64,000 nt of DNA, from assembly GCF_964355755.1 (NCBI RefSeq), contig NC_092676.1, positions 12,572,771 to 12,636,770 of the forward strand. Direction: 5' to 3'. The notes under the pieces are model-generated. The model was not told the origin of the DNA. It saw nothing but the letters and a program-made list of their open reading frames with translations, and did not search any database. This DNA comes from Antedon mediterranea. Taxonomy: Eukaryota; Animalia; Echinodermata. Of the stretch, positions 1 through 8,800 are shown in pieces; position 1 is the first letter of the stretch, and each line of letters begins with the position of its first letter. The translations under genes and the position numbers were made by a program.

Positions 1-3
1 AAT

Positions 4-90
4 ACTTTTCACACAAAAACATCAAAGTGTACAAAATAGCTTCAAATCGCATTTAGAGAGGTTTTAGACCATTTTGTGCATTTCGATAAA
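4..90 (+). repeat. Example type-A monomer (87 bp, main consensus)
   Basis: acttttcacac...gtgtacaaaatagcttcaaatcgc...; the next monomer starts at 91. Confidence 0.95.
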
Positions 91-177
91 ACTTTTCACA
101 CAAAAACATCAAAGTGTACAAAATAGCTTCAAATCGCATTTAGAGACGTTTTAGACCATTTTGTGCATTTCGATAAA

Positions 178-264
178 ACTTTTCACACAAAAACATCAAA
201 TTGCACAAAATAGCTTAATACCGTGTTTGAAATCGTTTTAAACCATTTTGAGCATGTCGATAAA
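178..264 (+). repeat. Example type-D monomer (87 bp)
   Basis: Diagnostic aaattgcacaaaatagcttaataYcgtgtttgaaaWcgttttaaaccattttgagcatgtcg; the next monomer starts at 265. Confidence 0.93.
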
Positions 265-525
265 ACTTTTCACAAAAAAACATCAAAGTGCACAGAATAG
301 CTTCAAATCGCATTTGGAGACGTTTTAAACCATTTTGAGCATTTCGATAAAACTTTTCACACAAAAACATCAAAGTGTACAAAATAGCTTCAAATCGCAT
401 TTAGAGAGGTTTTAGACCATTTTGTGCATTTCGATAAAACTTTTCACACAAAAACATCAAATTGCACAAAATAGCTTAATATCGTGTTTGAAAACGTTTT
501 AAACCATTTTGAGCATGTCGATAAA

Positions 526-612
526 ACTTTTCACACAAAAATATCAAAGCGCACAGAATATCTTCAAATCGCATTTAGAGACGTTTTAGACCATTTTGTG
601 CATTTCGAAAAA
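526..612 (+). repeat. Example type-E monomer (87 bp, follows D)
   Basis: Diagnostic gYgcacagaataKcttc; lies between a D monomer (439-525) and a C monomer (613). Confidence 0.88.
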
Positions 613-700
613 ATTTGTTAACATAAAAAGACCAAAGTGTTTAGAATATCTCCAAATCGCATTTGGAGACGTTTTAGACCATTTTGTGCATTTCGATGAA
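613..700 (+). repeat. Example type-C monomer (88 bp) carrying a perfect 9-bp dyad
   Basis: atttgttaacataaaaagaccaaagtgtttagaatatctccaaatcgcatttggaga...; TCTCCAAAT-cgc-ATTTGGAGA at 649-669. Confidence 0.93.
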
Positions 701-1202
701 ACTTGATTACACAAAAACATCAAAGTGCTTAAAATCACATTTAAAACCGTTTTAGAGCGTTTTGAGCATTTCGATAAACTTTTCACACAAAAACATCAAA
801 GTGCACAAAATAGCTTCAAATCGCATTTAGAGATGTTTTAGACCATTTTGTGCATTTCGATAAAACTTTTCACACAAAAACATCAAATTGCACAAAAAAG
901 CTTAATACCGTGTTTGAAATCGTTTTAAACCAATTTGAGCATGTCGAAAAAACTTTTCACACAAAAACATCAAAGTGCACAGAATATCTCCAAATCGCAT
1001 TTGGAGACGTTTTAGACCATTTTGTGCATTTCGATGAAACTTGGTTACACAAAAACATCAAAGTGCTTAAAATCACATTTGAAACCGTTTTAGAGCATTT
1101 TGAGCATTTCGATAATACTTTTCACACAAAACATCAAAGTGTACAAAATAGCTTCAAATCGCATTTGGAGACGTTTTAGACCATTTTGTGCATTTCGATG
1201 AA

Positions 1203-1280
1203 ACTTGGTTACACAAAAACATCAAAGTGCTTAAAATCACATTTGAAACCGTTTTAGACCATTTTGAGCATTTCGATAAA
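1203..1280 (+). repeat. Example type-B monomer (78 bp, short)
   Basis: acttggttacacaaaaacatcaaagtgcttaaaatcacatttgaaaccg...; relative to A it is +1 bp in the head and -10 bp in the middle; the next monomer starts at 1281. Confidence 0.95.
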
Positions 1281-1455
1281 ACTTTTCACACAAAAAAATC
1301 AAAGTGCACAAAATAGCTTCAAATCGCATTTGGGGACGTTTTAGACTATTTTGTGCATTTCGAAAAAAATTGTTAACATAAAAAGACCAAAGTGTTTAGA
1401 ATATCTCCAAATCGCATTTGGAGACGTTTTAAACCATTTTGTGCATTTCGATGGA

Positions 1456-2807
1456 ACTTGGTTACACAAAAACATCAAAGTGCTTAAAATCACATTTAAA
1501 ACCGTTTTAGAGCATTTTTAGCATTTCGATAAAACTTTTCACACAAAAACATCAAAGTGTACAAAATAGCTTCAAATCGCATTTAGAGAGGTTTTAGACA
1601 ATTTTGTGCATTTCGATAAAACTTTTCACACAAAAACATCAAAGTGTACAAAATAGCTTCAAATTGCATTTAGAGACGTTTTAGACCATTTTGTGCATTT
1701 CGATAAAACTTTTCACACAAAAACATCAAATTGCACAAAATCGTTTTAAACCATTTTAAATCGTTTTAAACCATTTTGAGCATGTCGATAAAACTTTTCA
1801 CAAAAAACATCAAAGTGCACAGAATAGCTTCAAATTGCATTTGGAGACGTTTTAGAGCATTTTGTGCATTTCGATAAAATGTGTTAACATAAAAAGACCA
1901 AAGTGTTTAGAATATCTTCAAATCACATTTGGAGACGTTTTAGACCATTTTTTGCATTTCGATGAAACTTGGTTACACAAAAACATCAAAGTGCTTAAAA
2001 TCACATTTGAAACCGTTTTAGAGCATTTTGAGCATTTCGATAAAACTTTTCACACAAAAACATCAAAGTGTACAAAATAGCTTCAAATCGCATTTAGAGA
2101 CGTTTTAGACCATTTTTTGCATTTCGATGAAACTTGGTTACACAAAAACATCAAAGTGCTTAAAATCACATTTAAAACCGTTTTAGAGCATTTTTAGCAT
2201 TTCGATAAAACTTTTCACACAAAAACATCAAAGTGTACAAAATAGCTTCAAATCGCATTTAGAGAGGTTTTAGACAATTTTGTGCATTTCGATAAAACTT
2301 TTCACACAAAAACATCAAAGTGTACAAAATAGCTTCAAATTGAATTTAGAGACGTTTTAGACCATTTTTTGCATTTCGATAAAACTTTTCACACAAAAAC
2401 ATCAAATTGCACAAAATCGTTTTAAACCATTTTAAATCGTTTTAAACCATTTTGAGCATTTCGATAAAACTTTTCACAAAAAACATCAAAGTGCACAGAA
2501 TAGCTTCAAATTGCATTTGGAGACGTTTTAGAGCATTTTGTGCATTTCGATAAAATGTGTTAACATAAAAAGACCAAAGTGTTTAGAATATCTTCAAATC
2601 ACATTTGGAGACGTTTTAGACCATTTTTTGCATTTCGATGAAACTTGGTTACACAAAAACATCAAAGTGCTTAAAATCACATTTGAAACCGTTTTAGAGC
2701 ATTTTGAGCATTTCGATAAAACTTTTCACACAAAAACATCAAAGTGTACAAAATAGCTTCAAATCGCATTTAGAGACGTTTTAGACCATTTTGTGCATTT
2801 CGAAAAA
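1456..2807 (+). repeat. Tandem pair of a 676-bp, 8-monomer higher-order unit (B78-A87-A87-D*85-E86-C'88-B78-A87)
   Basis: Marker ORFs at 1862 and 2538 are 676 apart, and the monomer lengths sum to 676. The same pair occurs at ~4662-6013, ~19080-20381, 40295-41646, 43501-44852, 48716-50067, 51922-53273 and 56884-58235. Confidence 0.9.
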
Positions 2808-5800
2808 ATTTGTTAACATAAAAAGACCAAAGTGTTTAGAATATCTCCAAATCGCATTTGGAGACGTTTTAGACCATTTTGTGCATTTCGATGAAACTTG
2901 GTTACACAAAAACATCAAAGTGCTTAAAATCACATTTGAAACCGTTTTAGAGCATTTTTAGCATTTCGATAATACTTTTCACACAAAAACATCAAAGTGT
3001 ACAAAATAGCTTCAAATCGCATTTGGAGACGTTTTAGACCATTTTGTGCATTTCGAAAAAATTTGTTAACATAAAAAGACCAAAGTGTTTAGAATATCTC
3101 CAAATCGCATTTGGAGACGTTTTAGACCATTTTGTGCATTTCGATGAAACTTGGTTACACAAAAACATCAAAGTGCTTAAAATCACATTTGAAACCGTTT
3201 TAGAGCATTTTTAGCATTTCGATAATACTTTTCACACAAAAACATCAAAGTGTACAAAATAGCTTCAAATCGCATTTGGAGACGTTTTAGACCATTTTGT
3301 GCATTTCGATGAAACTTGGTTACACAAAAACATCAAAGTGCTTAAAATCACATTTGAAACCGTTTTAGACCATTTTGAGCATTTCGATAAAACTTTTCAC
3401 ACAAAAAAATCAAAGTGCACAAAATAGCTTCAAATCGCATTTGGAGACGTTTTAGACTATTTTGTGCATTTTGAAAAAATTTGTTAACATAAAAAGACCA
3501 AAGTGTTTAGAATATCTCCAAATCGCATTTGGAGACGTTTTAGACCATTTTGTGCATTTCAATGAAACTTGGTTACACAAAAACATCAAAGTGCTTAAAA
3601 TCACATTTGAAACCGTTTTAGAGCATTTTTAGCATTTCGATAATACTTTTCACACAAAAACATCAAAGTGTACAAAATAGCTTCAAATCGCATTTAGAGA
3701 GGTTTTAGACCATTTTGTGCATTTCGATAAAACTTTTCACACAAAAACATCAAAGTGTACAAAATAGCTTCAAATCGCATTTAGAGACGTTTTAGACCAT
3801 TTTGTGCATTTCGATAAAACTTTTCACACAAAAACATCAAATTGCACAAAATAGCTTAATACCGTGTTTGAAATCGTTTTAAACCATTTTGAGCATGTCG
3901 ATAAAACTTTTCACAAAAAAACATCAAAGTGTTTAGAATATCTCCAAATCGCATTTGGAGACGTTTTAGACCATTTTGTGCATTTCGATGAAACTTGGTT
4001 ACACAAAAACATCAAAGTGCTTAAAATCACATTTGAAACCGTTTTAGAGCATTTTGAGCATTTCGATAAAACTTTTCAAACAAAAACATCAAAGTGTACA
4101 AAATAGCTTCAAATCACATTTGAAACCGTTTTAGACCATTTTGAGCATTTCGATAAAACTTTTCACACAAAAACATCAAAGTGTACAAAATAGCTTCAAA
4201 TCGCATTTGGAGACGTTTTAGACCATTTTGTGCATTTCGATGAAACTTGGTTACACAAAAACATCAAAGTGCTTAAAATCACATTTGAAACCGTTTTAGA
4301 GCATTTTTAGCATTTCGATAATACTTTTCACACAAAACATCAAAGTGTACAAAATAGCTTCAAATCGCATTTGGAGACGTTTTAGACCATTTTGTGCATT
4401 TCGATGAAACTTGGTTACACAAAAACATCAAAGTGCTTAAAATCACATTTGAAACCGTTTTAGACCATTTTGAGCATTTCGATAAAACTTTTCACACAAA
4501 AAAATCAAAGTGCACAAAATAGCTTCAAATCGCATTTGGGGACGTTTTAGACTATTTTGTGCATTTCGAAAAAAATTGTTAACATAAAAAGACCAAAGTG
4601 TTTAGAATATCTCCAAATCGCATTTGGAGACGTTTTAAACCATTTTGTGCATTTCGATGGAACTTGGTTACACAAAAACATCAAAGTGCTTAAAATCACA
4701 TTTAAAACCGTTTTAGAGCATTTTTAGCATTTCGATAAAACTTTTCACACAAAAACATCAAAGTGTACAAAATAGCTTCAAATCGCATTTAGAGAGGTTT
4801 TAGACAATTTTGTGCATTTCGATAAAACTTTTCACACAAAAACATCAAAGTGTACAAAATAGCTTCAAATTGCATTTAGAGACGTTTTAGACCATTTTGT
4901 GCATTTCGATAAAACTTTTCACACAAAAACATCAAATTGCACAAAATCGTTTTAAACCATTTTAAATCGTTTTAAACCATTTTGAGCATGTCGATAAAAC
5001 TTTTCACAAAAAACATCAAAGTGCACAGAATAGCTTCAAATTGCATTTGGAGACGTTTTAGAGCATTTTGTGCATTTCGATAAAATGTGTTAACATAAAA
5101 AGACCAAAGTGTTTAGAATATCTTCAAATCACATTTGGAGACGTTTTAGACCATTTTTTGCATTTCGATGAAACTTGGTTACACAAAAACATCAAAGTGC
5201 TTAAAATCACATTTGAAACCGTTTTAGAGCATTTTGAGCATTTCGATAAAACTTTTCACACAAAAACATCAAAGTGTACAAAATAGCTTCAAATCGCATT
5301 TAGAGACGTTTTAGACCATTTTTTGCATTTCGATGAAACTTGGTTACACAAAAACATCAAAGTGCTTAAAATCACATTTAAAACCGTTTTAGAGCATTTT
5401 TAGCATTTCGATAAAACTTTTCACACAAAAACATCAAAGTGTACAAAATAGCTTCAAATCGCATTTAGAGAGGTTTTAGACAATTTTGTGCATTTCGATA
5501 AAACTTTTCACACAAAAACATCAAAGTGTACAAAATAGCTTCAAATTGCATTTAGAGACGTTTTAGACCATTTTGTGCATTTCGATAAAACTTTTCACAC
5601 AAAAACATCAAATTGCACAAAATCGTTTTAAACCATTTTAAATCGTTTTAAACCATTTTGAGCATTTCGATAAAACTTTTCACAAAAAACATCAAAGTGC
5701 ACAGAATAGCTTCAAATTGCATTTGGAGACGTTTTAGAGCATTTTGTGCATTTCGATAAAATGTGTTAACATAAAAAGACCAAAGTGTTTAGAATATCTT

Positions 5801-8800
5801 CAAATCACATTTGGAGACGTTTTAGACCATTTTTTGCATTTCGATGAAACTTGGTTACACAAAAACATCAAAGTGCTTAAAATTACATTTGAAACCGTTT
5901 TAGAGCATTTTGAGCATTTCGATAAAACTTTTCACACAAAAACATCAAAGTGTACAAAATAGCTTCAAATCGCATTTAGAGACGTTTTAGACCATTTTGT
6001 GCATTTCGAAAAAATTTGTTAACATAAAAAGACCAAAGTGTTTAGAATATCTCCAAATCGCATTTGGAGACGTTTTAGACCATTTTGTGCATTTCGATGA
6101 AACTTGGTTACACAAAAACATCAAAGTGCTTAAAATCACATTTGAAACCGTTTTAGAGCATTTTTAGCATTTCGATAATACTTTTCACACAAAAACATCA
6201 AAGTGTACAAAATAGCTTCAAATCGCATTTGGAGACGTTTTAGACCATTTTGTGCATTTCGATGAAACTTGGTTACACAAAAACATCAAAGTGCTTAAAA
6301 TCACATTTGAAACCGTTTTAGACCATTTTGAGCATTTCGATAAAACTTTTCACACAAAAAAATCAAAGTGCACAAAATAGCTTCAAATCGCATTTGGAGA
6401 CGTTTTAGACTATTTTGTGCATTTTGAAAAAATTTGTTAACATAAAAAGACCAAAGTGTTTAGAATATCTCCAAATCGCATTTGGAGACGTTTTAAACCA
6501 TTTTGTGCATTTCGATGGAACTTGGTTACACAAAAACATCAAAGTGCTTAAAATCACATTTAAAACCGTTTTAGAGCATTTTGAGCATTTCGATAAAACT
6601 TTTCACACAAAAACATCAAAGTGTACAAAATAGCTTCAAATCGCATATAGAGACGTTTTAGACCATTTTGTGCATTTCGATAAAACTTTTCACACAAAAA
6701 CATCAAATTGCACAAATAGCTTAATACCGTGTTTGAAATCGTTTTAAACCATTTTGAGCATGTCGATAAAACTTTTCACAAAAAAACATCAAAGTGCACA
6801 GAATAGCTTCAAATCGCATTTGGAGACGTTTTAAACCATTTTGTGCATTTCGATAAAACTTTTCACATAAAAACAACAAAGTGTACAAAATAGCTTCAAA
6901 TCGCATTTGGAGACGTTTTAGACCATTTTTTGCATTTCGATGAAACTCATCAAAGTGCTTAAAATCACATTTGAAACCGTTTTAGAGCATTTTGAGCATT
7001 TCGATAAAACTTTTCACACAAAAACATCAAAGTGTACAAAATAGCTTCAAATCACATTTGAAACCGTTTTAGACCATATTGAGCATTTCGATAAAACTTT
7101 TCACACAAAAACATCAAAGTGTACAAAATAGCTTCAAATCGCATTTGGAGACGTTTTAGACCATTTTGTGTATTTCGATGAAACTTGGTTACACAAAAAC
7201 ATCAAAGTGCTTAAATTCACATTTGAAAGCGTTTTAGAGCATTTTTAGCATTTCGATAATACTTTTCACACAAAAACATCAAAGTGTACAAAATAGCTTC
7301 AAATCGCATTTGGAGACGTTTTAGACCATTTTGTGCATTTCGATGAAACTTGGTTACACAAAAACATCAAAGTGCTTAAAATCACATTTAAAACAGTTTT
7401 AGAGCATTTTGAGCATTTCGATAAAACTTTTCACACAAAAACATCAAAGTGTACAAAATAGCTTCAAATCGCATTTAAAGAGGTTTTAGACCATTTTGTG
7501 CATTTCGATAAAACGTTTCACACAAAAACATCAAAGTGTACAAAATAGCTTCAAATCGCATTTAGAGACGTTTTAGACCATCTTGTGCATTTCGATAAAA
7601 CTTTTCACACAAAAACATCAAATTGCACAAAATAGCTTAATATCGTGTTTGAAAACGTTTTAAACCATTTTGAGCATGTCGATAAAACTTTTCACACAAA
7701 AATATCAAAGTGCACAGAATATCTTCAAATCGCATTTAGAGACGTTTTAGACCATTTTGTGCATTTCGAAAAAATTTGTTAACATAAAAAGACCAAAGTG
7801 TTTAGAATATCTCCAAATCGCATTTGGAGACGTTTTAGACCATTTTGTGTTTTTCGAAAAAACTTTTCACACAAAAACATCAAAGTGTACAAAATTGCTT
7901 CAAATCGCATTTGGAGACGTTTTAGACCATTTTGTGATTTTCGAAAAACTTTTCACACAAAAACATCAAAGTGTAGAAAATTGCTTCAAATCGCATTTAG
8001 AGATGTTTTAGACCATTTTGTGCATTTCGAAAAAATTTGTTAACATAAAAAGACCAAAGTGTTTAGAATATTTCCAAATCGCATTTGGAGACGTTTTAGA
8101 CCATTTTGTGCATTTCGATGAAACTTGGTTACACAAAAACATCAAAGTGCTTAAAATCACATTTAAAACCGTTTTAGAGCGTTTTGAGCATTTCGATAAA
8201 CTTTTCACACAAAAACATCAAAGTGCACAAAATAGCATTTAGAGATGTTTTAGACCATTTTGTGCATTTCGATAAAACTTTTCACACAAAAACATCAAAT
8301 TGCACAAAAAAGCTTAATACCGTGTTTGAAATCGTTTTAAACCAATTTGAGCATGTCGATAAAACTTTTCACACAAAAACATCAAAGTGCACAGAATATC
8401 TTCAAATCGCATTTAGAGACGTTTTAGACCATTTTGTGCATTTCGAAAAAATTTGTTAACATAAAAAGACCAAAGTGTTTAGAATATCTCCAAATCGCAT
8501 TTGGAGACGTTTTAAACCATTTTGTGCATTTCGATGGAACTTGGTTACACAAAAACATCAAAGTGCTTAAAATCACATTTGAAAGCGTTTTAGAGCATTT
8601 TTAGCATTTCGATAATACTTTTCACACAAAAACATCAAAGTGTACAGAATAGCTTCAAATCGCATTTGGAGACGTTTTAGACCATTTTGTGCATTTCGAT
8701 GAAACTTGGTTACACAAAAACATCAAAGTGCTTAAAATCACATTTGAAACCGTTTTAGAGCATTTTTAACATTTCGATAATACTTTTCACACAAAAACAT

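Larger units (their letters stand above)
1103..6262 (+). repeat. Two ~1.95-kb copies at 3,206-bp offset (1103-3056 and 4309-6262)
   Basis: ORF markers 1862/5068 and 2538/5744; the shared 4-A variant cacacaaaacatc and ggggac variant; the same offset recurs at 40701/43907 and 49122/52328. Confidence 0.85.

Noticed and set aside
649-680. Hairpin followed by a T-run, resembling a Rho-independent terminator or an attC-like site
   Set aside because: The stem is AT-rich, the T-run is short and offset, and there is no upstream gene, cassette or integrase. It is a satellite-internal dyad.
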